From positions 334,862,001 through 334,926,000 of the forward strand of contig OZ024741.1 in NCBI GenBank assembly GCA_964016885.1: a stretch of DNA of 64,000 nucleotides. The letters are read 5' to 3'. The stretch comes from Eledone cirrhosa. Taxonomy: Eukaryota. How positions within the stretch are numbered: position 1 is the first letter of the stretch; each line of letters starts with the position of its first letter. Under the pieces are notes generated by a model. The model saw nothing but the letters and a program-made list of their open reading frames with translations, had not been told where the DNA came from and searched no databases. The translations under genes and the position numbers were made by a program. This document shows positions 14,076 to 27,935 of this stretch, piece by piece.

Positions 14076-14241
14076 TATTTCTACTTTTGGCACAAAGCCA
14101 GTAATTATCCCAGTGTATTACTGGTACTTTATTTTATTGACTCGGTAAGGATGAAAGGCAAAGTTAACCTTGGCGGGATTTGAACTCAGACCATAAAGGC
14201 ATGGCGTTCGAGTTTCTACCGATACTGCTAATCCACCGCCC
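14076..14241 (-). mobile_element. tRNA-derived SINE, family 1 (core tttgcctttcatccttacggggtcgataaaataaagtaccagt)
   Basis: Same core with box B gagttcaaatc at ~385-520(-), 1158-1310(-), 16530-16707, 25620-25780(-), 25785-26145 (two), 28270-28620 (two), 29855-30010(-), 30550-30740, 44230-44360(-), 45562-45712, 56685-57062(-, two). Confidence 0.85.
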
Positions 14242-14281
<40 letters not shown>

Positions 14282-14675
14282 TCTTTATTAACCACAAGGG
14301 TTTACATAAAGTAGACATTAAGGACAGTACAGGGCAATACAGGACGGTACAAATGGGCATTTCTGCGTGTAAAAAAACAAAAACAGAGGATGTAATAAAA
14401 ATAACAATGAAAAATTCCCCAATAGGGGGGAGACTTCGGAGGGACATTTGTGGAGAAAGCCCATTAAAAGGCCACAGTGACCCTGACCACCAGGGCAAGT
14501 GCCCTCTCCCAGTTTTCCACCTTTAATTTACAGACACATACTCAGAGTAGGCCCATTCACTCGGGCCATTCTTGCTTCTCTCACCCGTCGGTGATGCCCT
14601 GATTGACTTTTTCAAATTTCATTTGAAAAGGAAAATCAGGGTAGAGAGGGAAGTGCTCTCTTCCCAGCATTTTGT

Positions 14676-14713
<38 letters not shown>

Positions 14714-15000
14714 GTCCTTGTTAGTACATAAGTAGTGTGAAATGTTTTCAAATCAATCTTTGCTAAAATCTTTCACACACACACTATTGCCATCCAAAGA
14801 GACAGGAGATATAAAAAAAAAGTATCACAAAGACCTATGATTAAACTAATTCCATCCACGACTGTCCCCCAATTCTTTTATGGGGCAGGAGGCAAAATAT
14901 CTAAGACTATATTATTTAATGTATAACCTTTCCATTTTAAAAGATGACAGATTATGATTTCAAGAAGAGTTGGCTGTTATTATTGGCAGATCAAGCAAAC

Positions 15001-15190
15001 TGAGAAGTTCATAGGCTGACCAAGATACTCTCATGGAATGACCAAATGAGGTTTATTTTTTTAAATAGTCCCTGGAAGGAAACAATCCAGTTATTAATGA
15101 GATGAGTTGAAATTAATATATGCAAGATTTCACAGCTCTAGCATCACTCCTTCACAGTCAGCCTATGAACTTTTCAGTGGAGTCTCATAT
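15001..15190. mobile_element. Mariner-like MITE (degenerate copy)
   Basis: aagttcataggctgac ... gtcagcctatgaactt inverted ends. Homologous to 29585-29772 and 61615-61804. Confidence 0.7.
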
Positions 15191-15750
15191 ATACATATAT
15201 CAGTTATTTCTCCAAATCTGTTTTTGGTCAATGGATTTGTGTAAGGTATCTCAGCATTATGTATTTAACAGAGAGAAAAACAGGAGATTCAGCAGAGCAT
15301 AAACCATAAAGATTGATTGTAGTTACTATAGAAACAATGATAAAAGAGACAGGGGAACTCTCCATGGAGGATGAAAGAAGAGACAGAAGGAGTCTTTAAT
15401 GAACTGGACCAAACAATGGATCATTACTTATATTTGTATATCTGTTTACTTTTTGATACATTTACAGATTCTGGAGGACAAAAGTTTTATTGCCATTTTC
15501 AATGCTTAGGTCAGCTTTACTAAACTGTTCTGTATCTGTAATAAAAGAGAAAAGAAATATCTCTCTTACTATCTCTCTGTCTGTCTGTCTATGTATCTAT
15601 CTGTCTGTCCATTGTCTATCTATTTAGTTATCTGTCTGGCTGTCTCCGTGGTCTAACTCAAATAAGCATGTTAAAGCAGTTGTAAAAATTGTGTGTGTGT
15701 ATGTAAATATATACACATGCATGCAAGCATTGTGTATATATATATATATA

Positions 15751-15934
15751 AAACAAAGAGGGTGTGGTGAGATACCAGGTGGACCATAACACACCAGGGT
15801 ACTCAATACTTAGGGTAGTAGAGTGGGTAATAGGAAAAGAGTCTGGACCCCGATGGCTGACCTCCGGCTGTTTCGGATCTAGCTGTCGAAACAGCCGGAG
15901 CTCAGCCGTCGGGCTCCTGTCCTGACTCTATTCA
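15751..15934 (-). mobile_element. Fold-back element, family B
   Basis: Hairpin ~15838-15929 plus tail 15751-15837. The tail is the reverse complement of the tail at 60670-60753. A fragment lies at 3127-3185. Confidence 0.8.
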
Positions 15935-17249
15935 TATATATCCTCATCATCATCATCATCGTTTAATGTCTATCTTCCATGCTAGCATGGGTTAGACGGG
16001 AATTGTCCGATTTGAGGCAAGATTGGTTGGGTGACCGTGTCTGGCTTGTATAGGACTGTCTGGCAAGTTTTCTATGGCTGGATACCCTTCCTAACACCAA
16101 CCACATTTACAGTGAGGACTGGGAGCTTTTTACTGTGTTACTTACACGACCACATTACAGCGTAGACTGTGTTTTGTTTTTTGTTGTGACACCTACACAA
16201 CCTCATTAGTGAAATGAAAGGCACATTGTATGATGTCTGTATATGAACAGCAATGTTACATGGCAGTGAGACTTGGGTATTGTGTGCAGAGGACCTGCGC
16301 AGACTGTAAAGGAACAAAGCATGCAATCTCCGTTGGATGTGTAATAGTAATATATGTGAACGGCAAAGCATAAATGAACTAAGTGAGAAATTAGGAACAA
16401 GAGGGATCAGATGCTGTTTATTTGAGAGAAAACTACGTTGGTATGGTCACGTGATGCACACGAAATGGTGATGATGATGATTATATATATATATATACAC
16501 ACATACATGCCAGCATTATATATATATATTGGTAGTATCAATAGAGGGTCTGATGCCATGCTTTGCAGCAAAGAGTTATGGCCCTTTATGGTTTGAGTTC
16601 AAATCTCGCCGAGGTTAACTTTGCCTTTCATCCTTACGGGGTCGATAAAATAAAGTACCAGTAATACACTGGGATAATTGCTGGCCTTGTGCCAAAAGTA
16701 GAAACAATTATATTATAGTAATCTTCAACATGGTTTCGTGGCAATGAAACTTCCTTTATCTCTTCTACAGAATCATTTAATACTTCTTATATATATATGT
16801 GTGTGTGTGTGTGTGTATGTGTGTGTGTTTGTGTTTGTGTGTACGCACCTAAACTTTCACATACCCAATACACTCTCGTTGTAGCTCTTTATATAAACAA
16901 AACTAGAGTACTCAATATATATTGTAGAGTGAAATATATATGAAAGGATATAGAATTGACAGCCATCTTCCTCAACTATGAGTTAAATAAACTCACCAAC
17001 ACACAATTGGCCAAGCATGGTGAGTATGGCTACACCCAGACATGACCAAAACAAAACAAAATGTGGTGGAGGTCAACCAGGAAGGGGTTCCTGTGACAGG
17101 AGTGAGAAGGATTGGAAATAATTGCATTAACATTGTATGATTGATTAACAGGCCTTGTGTTTCTATTTCTGTATGTAGAATTGGTTTCAATTAATGTAAC
17201 TGGTTTATAACTTATTACAGATTTTAAAAATTTATATTTGTAATACAGC

Positions 17250-17428
17250 CTAACCCTTTAGCATTTATATTACTCTATATATACAATGTATTTTTGCAGT
17301 AAAGGCTTTATCTTACATAATTATCTCACATAATATCGAATCTATGAGATTTGATATTTTTTAGTTTGAACAAAAAGAGGTGAGAGAATTCTGGCCGGAT
17401 ACAGCCAGTTTAAATGCTAAAGGGTTAA
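17250..17428. mobile_element. TTAA piggyBac-like MITE (internally deleted copy)
   Basis: Same TIRs and body as 5407-5639. A third copy is at 23152-23360. Confidence 0.8.
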
Positions 17429-18202
17429 GTCAGTTAAGGTTATTTCTATTAAATAGTTATCACTATTGGTGGTTAATTGAGAAACGTTTGTTTTTTGCAT
17501 CCAGGGACATTTTAGCAATATTTATTTAACCTTAAAATAAAAAGGTTTAATATTGTGATGTCTTTTCATAAATTATATTTATTACTACTAACTACTGCTA
17601 TTAACTACTACTACTACTACATCCACTTTTTGTTGTGACATGATAAAACCTGCCTATCTCATATGATCCAACATTAACTGCCTCAGATCTTCACCTGATA
17701 ATTCTGTATCTTCCTCAATGCTTCTCTTTAATGTCTTGAGAGGTCTTTTGCATTTGAGTTTCACATTCGTGGGCTCCCATAGTAACATTTTTGTAGCAGG
17801 TTTGTAGCCTCTCATGAAATGACCTGCACATTGAAGATGGCTGATACTGATGGTATAGCTAACTAGACCACCTGTGTTCAGTCACGTTCACTACAAAATA
17901 TTTTTAAAAAATCATGTTCACTTAAAAATGATTTTTAAATAATTAGAATATACACAGATATGTATATAATGTGAAATGAAACTGGAAGGCCCATATATAT
18001 ACTTGTGTGTATGTATATATATAAATGTGTTTGTGTGTATACATACATATATATGTATGCATGTGTGTGCATATATATATATGTGAGTGTCTGATCTATA
18101 TACACTAGTTATAGACACACACACACACATATATATACAGACGCACACGCACACACACATATATATATATACACACACATATATATACACAACAACACCA
18201 CC

Positions 18203-18239
<37 letters not shown>

Positions 18240-18609
18240 CCATTCTCCTTCTCTGTCTCCTCTCCCTCTCTCTATGTCTCTCTTTCAATCTACTCTCTTA
18301 CAGCCACTATCTCTCTCTCTCTCACTCTCTGTTTATGAAGGTACCCAGAAAAACCACGTATCTCGGGATCTCGTGCAACGATTTACGTGAAACTTGTTTT
18401 ATTCCATTTGAATTCCCATTTCAGAGTCAACTTCCTTTCAAAGTAGTTTCCCATTATGCGCCATTTTGGCTGTATTACATTACAGACAAGCAAGCAAGCA
18501 ATCAAGCAATCACAGACTTTTAGTCATAGATAGATAGATGGGCAGTAGGTTGCTGTAACGAATTTTGTTTGTAACATGGTTGAGAAGTTTAATGTTTTTT
18601 ATCCTTCTT

Positions 18610-18725
18610 AGCATTCAGGTGTAACAACCATCTAAAGCTTTGGTGATAGGTATTGTCACTGACCATGATTCATAGGAATACAGTAAGATCAATTCCACTG
18701 TAGCTTTGAATAACCTAACTAAAAT
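18610..18725 (-). mobile_element. RTE-clade LINE fragment
   Basis: VRLFKATVELILLYSYESWSVT...ALDGCYT is typical of the post-RT region (LLYGxExW). Confidence 0.6.
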
Positions 18726-19572
18726 TACACTTAGAGATGGAATAAAATAGACAGAAACAGCTATATATTGGAACATACAGATGTGACAGCTAGAAGGAGA
18801 TAAGGGATGTGCTAGCATTGGTCTGTTACTTGCTTTATTGACTTTGAAAAGGCGAAAAATTAAAGTGGGTCTTGGGTGGGATTTGAACTCAGGGAGTGCA
18901 AAAACCAAGAACAACATCTAGTGCTTTAACGACCCCATCAAATCAGCCCCACCCCTACACACACAAATGAATATGAGGGTCCAATTAGATCTGAAAATCG
19001 ACAAAAGATGTTTGTTATTTCTTCAATTTACAAGGAAATTCGTATTTTCTGGCATGCTTACATGCCTACATATTAGATATACCTATATATTTATACACGT
19101 TTGTGCAGTCTCGGTTAACCACTCTGTATTTATACAGATATAACTTTATCATGTATATGATAGTTTGAGCTATGAGGGAGTAGATGTGAGGCAAATATGA
19201 GTAAAGGGGAAAGGACAAGAAACTTATGTATGCAGATGTAAATTCTGTTTCACAGAGGTAGTAAATAACCTCTAGAGTGGGGGACGGGGAAGAGATTTAT
19301 GGGAGATTTATATAGAGATTTATTTGATGTCTGATATAGGTAAGATATATTTATATATGTATGTATATATATGTATGTGTATATATGTATGTATATATGT
19401 ATATGTGTATATTTGTATATATGTATGTATATATGTATATATATATATATGTATATATATATATGTATTATGTATGTATATATGTGTGTCTATATATAAA
19501 TATATATATATATGTGTGTGTGTGTGTCTATGTATAACTATATATAAGTGTGTGTGTGTGTGTATGTATATA

Positions 19573-19605
<33 letters not shown>

Positions 19606-20859
19606 TGGTATGTATATATGTATATATTTGTATATATATATTTATATGTATATATATGTATATATATATATATAAGTATATATATATGTATATATATGTG
19701 TGTGTATGTATATATATATAAGTGTATATGTATATATGTATACATATATATGTGTATATTTGTATATGTATATATATGTGTATATATTTATGTGTATATG
19801 CGTATACACATATTTATATGTATATTCATATATATAAGTATGTGTATATATACATACACACATACATACACACACATATATATATATATACAGAAAGAGA
19901 GAGGGAGAGGGAGAGAGAGAGAGAGAGGGGGGAGAGAGAGAGAGAGAGGGGGAGAGAGAGACCAACACAGAGAGAGGGACAGATGGATAGATAATATTTT
20001 GTGTCAGCATTCATTGCAAGAGTAGGTTTTTATTCTGTTTTATCAATTCTCTTCTGAAGAGACAAGGTATACTTCAAACTTATTAGGTGTCTGACAGCAG
20101 ATACAAAACCATAAACAAAGACACTAAAAGCTGTATCAATAACTAAGTTAGTGTTGTTTTACAAGCTGTTGTCATTCTGAATTTGGCAAGCCATGACAAG
20201 GGAGTATGTGGTTGGAGGGTCAGAGGATACTCACCCAAACCTACCACCACCATTTCTGCATCACTTCAAATATTTTGGTGTGAGTTGCTGTTGATGTTGA
20301 ATTTGTTGTTGGTGTTGTGGTTGTGGCTGTTATTGTTGTTAGCTTCAGGTCTGCTGTGATTGAGCAGGTCTATATAAGCAAAAGCATTGTAGCCATGACT
20401 ATACTATATAGTTTGGCAAACACTGTGTACCTATGTGTATGTACATATATAAATATATATACACACACACACATATATATATATAAACATATATGAATGC
20501 GTGTATATATATATATATGAATGTATGTGTATATATATGAATGTATGTGTATATATATATATGAATGTATGTGTGTATATATATATATGAGTGTATGTGT
20601 ATATATATGAATGTATGTGTATATATATGAATGTATGTGTATATATATGAATGTATGTGTATATATATGAATGTATGTGTATATATATGAATATATGTGT
20701 AAATGTATGAATGTATACATGATGTATTTATGTGAAAAAAAGAAAATATATATATATATATATATATTTATATGTATGTAAAAGGTAAATAGAAATAACA
20801 ACACAATCGGTACAGTATATGGAAGGGATATATTAGGTTAATGCTTGATATAGCAGGAA

Positions 20860-20896
<37 letters not shown>

Positions 20897-21347
20897 GGAG
20901 AGGGGCAACAAGTACAAGACTCCATGGTCATTGGCTGTTGAAATGGATGTATACAGTTTCAACCCCCACTGACAGAAATACTGCTAGTCCATCCAAGGTT
21001 CACTGTATCAAAATAGTCAAACATTGTTCTTTGAGTATTAAGAAGAAAACAGAAGAAAACAATACAAAACCTACGTGCATAGAATTAAATGTACAACATT
21101 TAAGTCAATGACAAAAAAAGCCAGTTAAACCTTGAAACAAAGACACACGCATGCACAGAGATCATGATGCAGAGAGGAGAAAATTTTCACTGGTTTTAGC
21201 CACCACAAGATGGTGTGGAAGACAAGAGAAAAGGATGGGACAATAGCTATGTGAAAGGAAAGGAGATATTTTGCAATAAAATAGTCAATTTAACAAAGGA
21301 AAAGGTGGGGAACCACATGCGTATGTATATATGTGTGATTGTATGTA

Positions 21348-21398
<51 letters not shown>

Positions 21399-21405
<7 letters not shown>

Positions 21406-21780
21406 TTCAAAATATTAACAAATATAGACATTCATGTGATCAAGTATATTTTATTATACATATTTCAGAGGTACTGAGCTATTTTCAACAGTACGTCCTC
21501 ATCAGATAAAATAGGTTGATTCTTGACATACCTTGACTATATTGATGGTTAAAATTCAGTCATGGCAACCTATTTTATCTGATGAGGACATACTGTTGAA
21601 AATAGCTCAGTACCTCTGAAATATGTATAATAAAATATACTTGATCACATGAATGTCTATATTTGTTAATATTTTGAATTAATATTAATAACTCCAGAAA
21701 ACCAATACTGTGGAGTGCTTCTAATCTATTGTGAAACTTTATTCATTGATTTATTCATTGAACCTTGTTTAACCTTTAAT
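21399..21780 (+). mobile_element. Fold-back element with a hammerhead in both arms (120-bp arms, 47-bp spacer, ~95-bp tail)
   Basis: Arms 21399-21518 and 21566-21685 are nearly identical. The left end abuts (TA)n. Confidence 0.9.
21571..21637 (+). ncRNA. Minimal type I hammerhead ribozyme
   Basis: tattttat-CTGATGA-ggacatactg..cagtacctct-GAAA-tatgta-TA^-ataaaata. 8-bp stem I, intact core, near-palindromic stem III (ATATGTAT). Predicted cleavage after A21629. Mirror copy on the minus strand in the left arm. Confidence 0.8.
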
Positions 21781-22155
21781 TAGCCAGTAGGCATCTCTAA
21801 CAAAATACACCCCGTCCCACCACCACCACCCCCACCCCATCCACACCACCCCGTCCTATGTAAAGTTATGTTGGTGCCGCGCCATCCAGGCCGAAACAAA
21901 TGAGATCGTGTAGGTGTCACGACAAAAAAACACACAGTCCACGCTGTAATGTGGCCGTGTAGGCAACACGGTAAAAACCTCCCAGACCCACACTGTAAAT
22001 GTGGTTGGTGTTAGGAAGGGCATCCAACTGTAGAAAACCTGCCAGACAGTCCTATGCGAGCAAGACAATCACTCTTGCCTCAAGTGGGACTACCCCCGTC
22101 CAAACCCATGCAAGCATGGAACACGGACGTTAAACGTTGATGATGATGATGATGA

Positions 22156-22188
<33 letters not shown>

Positions 22189-22191
<3 letters not shown>

Positions 22192-23074
22192 GGTGTGGAC
22201 AATATTTTTTCACAAGATTACTGTCTATGAAAAAATAACACAGTAGTTTTAGTTTTTAAGATATATTTATCAAACTTGGGTCAGTTTGTCTTCATGGCTT
22301 GTTCTTTCGATCTCACTCAATAAACCCGCTATTGGCTTTGATGATGGCCTCAAGGCGGCCTCGGAACTGGCTACAGGCCTTCATCACTGTCCCCCGACTT
22401 AGGCCCCTAAAGGCACTTGTGATCCTGGCCTTCAGATCATCTTTCGTATTGCAGCTAGATCTGTTGGTGTCTCGTTCCACTGCACCCCACACAAAGAAGT
22501 CAAGGGGGTTGCAGTCAGGTGAGCTGGGAGGCCAGATGTCAGATGAAGTGTGGTCGACGAAGTTCTTTGACAGCCAGGCTTGGGTCTTTCGGCTGGTATG
22601 GCAGGGCGCTGAGTCTTGCTGCTCACGTACGGCCTACCTGCAGCTACCTGGTTGATCCAGGGCTTTACTACCTCGCTCAGAATGCGGATGTAGCCATCGG
22701 TGTTCAGCTTGAGGCCCTCAGGGAAGAAGTGAGGTGGCATGACTTCACCTTGACTGCTGACGACACCTAAGACCAATGTTGTCGCTGGAAACTTTGTCTG
22801 CATGACTCTGGGCACGTCTTTGGATGAGACAGCAAGCCACCTGTTGTTCTGGGAGTTGATCTTCTGGTCCTTATTTGTCCTCCTGGCGCGGATTCCAAGA
22901 AGAATGCAGAGAGAAGAAATTTGGAGGTTCAAAATTATTCATAATCAATTATTCTGAAAATAAATAATGGAAATATTGTCACTGTTTTTATGAAGACAAG
23001 AGTGACAATGGAAGTTAAAAAATTTGCATAAAATTAGCAGTTGAAAATTGCGAAAAAATATCATCCACACCCTG
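22189..23074 (-). mobile_element. Internally deleted Tc1/mariner transposon of the DD37D (maT) family
   Basis: Imperfect TIRs cagggtgtggacaatattttt / aaaaaatatcatccacaccctg with TA on both sides. Frameshifted transposase reads ...VLGVVSSQGEVMPPHFF...QQDSAPCHTSRKTQAWLSKNFVDHTSSDIWPPSSPDCNPLDFFVW, with 37 residues between the 2nd and 3rd catalytic D. The N-terminal DNA-binding part is missing. Confidence 0.92.
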
Positions 23075-26000
23075 TATATATATAATATATGTATGTATGT
23101 GTATATTCTTTTTTCTTCCAAGTCCATCACCTTAGCCCTTTAGCATTTACATTACTCTATATATACTATTGTATTTTTGTAGTAAAGGCTTTATCTTGCA
23201 TAATTATCTCACATAATATTGAATCTACAAGATTTTGATATAATTTATTTTGAGAACAATACCTTAATGTCAATATGAGCAGCCAGTTATGGCCAGTTTG
23301 AACAGAAAGAAGTGAGAGAATTCTGTCCAGATATGACCAGTTTAAATGCTAAAAGGTTAAGCCTTTTTATAACAACCTGGTTAAAACCGGCTTTGGTTTT
23401 ATGAAATAAAGTCACCCATATTCAAAAGTTTCCTATTTAATTTAAAACTTGCAACATAATTTTATTTAAGAACCTTCAATTACTATCTTAGCAATGAAAT
23501 AATTAATGATTTTTAGTAAATCCTTTAAATTTCTTCATTAATACTTTTAATTCCAATATGGCCAATTTTAAAGCGTTTCTATTTTAATATTCCAACACAA
23601 TTTTTTATAAGAACTGTTAAGTAAATTACAATTTTAGTTACAAAATATTTAATTTCAGTAAACACCTCAAAAATATTCATTAATTATTTAAAATACAGTG
23701 TATTTAATTAAAAATGGACTCATCTCCACCAAAGAGTTAAGCACAATATTAGACAACAGAATAGCCACTATATGGTCACACAAATAGCTAGAAATAGCAG
23801 CCATGTGAACTCATGGTCACCAACGAGTGAATCACAACACCAGGCAACAGAATAGTCACTATATGGTCACACAAATAGCTAGAAATAGCAGCCAAATTTA
23901 CCTCTAATTACACCATATCATCTTAAAAGTGTATACAATGAATAGTGCAGTGTGTCATACATAATTACTGAAAAAGATGTGATTGTCAAGACTGGAATAC
24001 CTTTGATCATACAACTGTTGGAAGAAGCCCGACCTTGAGATAATCAACAACAAGAATCCTTTTATTTTCTGTTTTCTTTCTTCCTATGGAAGCCAATATA
24101 TAACTGCCAGACAACATTATAAGATCGTTTTGAAGAATCTGTTTATTAAATTTGTGTTTTTTTTTTTTAGTTCCTTTCGCTATCAAAGGAAATCTGGTGA
24201 TGACTATATATTTCATTAAGTCCGTTTTCTAAGTTCCTGACAGAACATTTTTATATGTGTGTGTGTATGAATGTGTGTGTTTGTATCTATAGGTGTATCT
24301 ATATCTATTTATCTATCTATCTAATCTATCTATCTATTTATCTGTCTGCCTGTCATCATTGTTTTACATCTATTTTCCATGCTTGCAGAGATTAGACAGG
24401 TTGTCAAGTTTTGAGGCTAGAAAAGCAGTTCAGACAACTGTGTCTTGTGTATACATTCCATTTGGCATGGTATCTATGATTGGATGCCCTTCCTAGCACC
24501 AAACACACTTCATGACATGTACCTGGTTTGTTTTCTTGTGGCACCAGCATTACCACCTTCCAATGTGAGCTGAGTGCATTTTTATTGTGGTACCAGTGCT
24601 ACCACATTTTAACAGTTGCTTGGTTGCATCCTTGGGTAGACTGGGATGACAGTGATAGGGTGTAGTGGGGATCAACAATGGAAAACTTATGAATTCCATA
24701 AAATCAGAAACCAGACAGAAATCATAATAAAATGTTACAATGTAAAGAGCTATGATATTTTGTGTTCTGATTTGCCTTTTATCCTTCTAGGGTTGATAAA
24801 GTACCAGTTAAGTACTAGGGTAGATTTGTGAAGGCACATGGCTTAGTGGTTAGAGAATTGGATTGTCAATAGGAAGGTTGCGAGTTTGATTCCCTGAGTG
24901 AGCAATGTGTTATGTCCTTGAGCAAACAATTTATTTCATGTTGCTCCTTCTGCTAGGAGTTAGGACTGGTAGATAACATCAGCAATGGAAATACCAATGG
25001 AAACTTTGTTTCCTTGATTTGATTTGATGAGTTCCAGCCGACTCAGTAAGCAAGTGATGTCTGGGATCTTGTTGATTGATTTGATTGAGATTTATTTGAC
25101 TAATCCACCATACTTTGCAGCTAAATTTTCTGATCTTGTGCTGTTAAAAACAATTCAAAGATTACAGTCTGAATTCAAATCTTGCTGAGTTCACCTTTGC
25201 CTTTCATCCTTCCATGGTTGATAAAAGAAAAAAAGTACCGACCAATTATTTGGGTTGATATAATTGAATACTTCCCCACCCACTACCTTTTCTGGTCACA
25301 TACCTACAATTAAAATGTTACACGGGCAGACTAAACATTGGAGCATCAACAGTTTCGAAAATAAAAATATAAATTAAAATAGGCCCCAGTTAACAACTGA
25401 TGACATCAAATTGTTTAATATTATTCAACTAAAGCAGGACTGTATGGTCCCACAACTCCCGAGGGAGTCATAGGGATGCTGTATCGACATACAATGCTTC
25501 TAGGGTATTTTAAAAATTTGATGGAGCCCATCTCATCTCCAGGTCTGAGTACAGCAGATTTCTTCCAGAGAAGAATAGAGAGTGAGAGGGGGGAAATGAG
25601 AAAGCGATATAGAGGAAGAATCGACCCCAGTACTAGACTGGTACTTTTTTTATCGACCTCGAATGGATGAAAAGCAAAGTTGACCTTGGCATGATTTGAA
25701 CACAGAGAGCAGAGAGAGGGAACAAATACAGCAAAGTATTCTATCTGATGTTTTAACAACTCTACCAATTAACCACCTTCATTAGCAGATTAGTGTCAGA
25801 AAAAAAAATGATTTTTAGTATTTGTTCCGGCTTTTTACATTGTGAATTCAAATCTCGCTGCGGTTAACTTTGTCTTTCATCCTTACATGGTCGATAAAAT
25901 AAAGTACCAGTAATGCACTGAGATTGATTTAATCGACTTTCCCATCCCAACAAATTGTTGGCCTTGTGCCTAAATCAGAAACCATTATTATTAAGGGCAG

Positions 26001-26869
26001 TGTGTTCAAATATCATCGAGGTTAGCTTTGCCTTTCATCCTTACATGGTCAATAAAATAAAGTACCAGTAATGCACTGGGATTGATTTTATCGACTTTCC
26101 TCTCCCAAAAAGTTGTTGGCTTTGTGCCTAAATCAGAAACCAATATTGTTTTAGATGAAAAAAAAGGAAATGTTCTATTAAACAATGTCAATCAATATAT
26201 TCTGTTGACATTATTTTACAGTTCTTTGTCAGTTGTGGTGATGTTTCCTGGTGACTATTTCAAATCCATCTGTTCTGTTGGTTATCACAAGTTATCACAA
26301 GAGCCAACCAGTCCAATCTCAGCCATTGCTTAATATTATCTTCTGCTGTTTCCATTCATCTAATATTTTAACATAAAAAAAAACTCTATTCCAATTTCTC
26401 TTCTGATTTATCTCCAAGCCAATGTTTGTTGTTGTTTTTAATGTCAATATATTTTATTACATATTTTACTGTGTTTCACTCTTCTGTAAAATATTTCCAT
26501 CCATATTCTTTCCTTTCTCAAATGAATAAGACATTCTTTATTTTTTTTTAGCATATTTTTTTTCCAAATTTTTATTTTTCATTTTTTGTTCTTTCTGTTT
26601 TTCGTTTTTCGTTTAAAACTTTCATCATATTTTATGCGATTTATTCTATATTCTCTGCTCAATTGTCTCACTTAACTGAAAATATTCCTTTTATAGCTGT
26701 CACTTACACTATTTAATCAAAAGTTAATTTTTCACCATCATCTTAACCAACAATTCTCTTAAATTTTGAATCTAATTTAATTTTCTGGAAAGCAACTCTT
26801 TCCTTTCTTTCTTTCATTTTCTATTTCTTTCTCTATTTCTTTCTTTCCTTCAGTCTCTATTTCTTTATT

Positions 26870-26909
<40 letters not shown>

Positions 26910-27007
26910 TCTTTCTCTCTATATATCTCTCTTTCACTCTCTCTTTCTCTCTATATATCTCTCTTTCTCTCTCTCTCTATCTCTCTCTCTATATATATAT
27001 CTATCTT

Positions 27008-27050
<43 letters not shown>

Positions 27051-27080
27051 CTCTTTCTCTCTCTATCTTTCTTTCTTTCT

Positions 27081-27167
<87 letters not shown>

Positions 27168-27519
27168 TGATATTACTTCCAAAACCTTCTATATTCTATT
27201 CTTCATCTTCCTCCTTGTTTTATATCCTGTCATGTTCCTGCTTAGTCTTTCAAGGAGAGACAATCTTTCTCAAGACAACAAGGAAGAAGAAACCAAACCA
27301 ACCAAACCAAGAAAATTAGATTAATCATGAAGAATTATTAAAATTATTTTTTTATATATATTTTTTGTTATTGTTATTGGTGTGTGTGTGGTTGTTTTTC
27401 ATGATAACGATGTTATTATCATTAATTCTGTTATGACTCTGATCTTGTGGTTGCTGTTTATGGCATTTTTCCCCCTGTTATTCATGTAATATTTGTCTTG
27501 TTTTATATTAAGTAAGATT

Positions 27520-27935
27520 ATGTTGATGATGAGGATACTGATGGTGATGGCATTAATGGTGATGATGTTGATGGTGGAGTTGATGGTGTTGATGGTGATG
27601 GAGTTGATGTTGATGTTGGTGTTGATAGTATTGTTGATGATGATGATGATGGTGATGATGGTGGAGTATATGTTGATGGTGATTATGTTGGTGTTGATGG
27701 TGATAATAGCATTGATATTGGTGCTAATGGTGATGATAATGTTGATGTTTCTGATAATGGCGATGATAGTGTTGATGGTGTTGATGGTGATGATGATGAT
27801 GATAGTGTTGATGGTGTTGATGATGATGATAGTGTTGATGGTGTTGATGTTGGTGATGCTGGTGATGATGTTGGTGATAGTGTTGATGTTGGTGTTAATG
27901 GCGTTGATAGCATTGATGGTGATGATGATGCTGTT
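27520..27935. repeat. Imperfect (GAT/GGT/GTT)n trinucleotide array
   Basis: Visible directly. It produces the spurious M/V/L-rich ORF 27493-27942. Confidence 0.9.

Noticed and set aside
19320-20025. Many YI/IY/CV-rich ORFs here and at 34338-35754, 47350-47857, 48966-49365, 50656-51280, 57215-58025, 62911-63303
   Set aside because: They are translations of (TA)n/(TG)n microsatellites.
21399-21685. The long palindromes as sequencing or assembly fold-back artefacts
   Set aside because: The arms carry independent substitutions and indels, the families recur at several loci, and one arm (47726-48846) has a later Helitron insertion. Long-read confirmation is still advisable for the most perfect ones.
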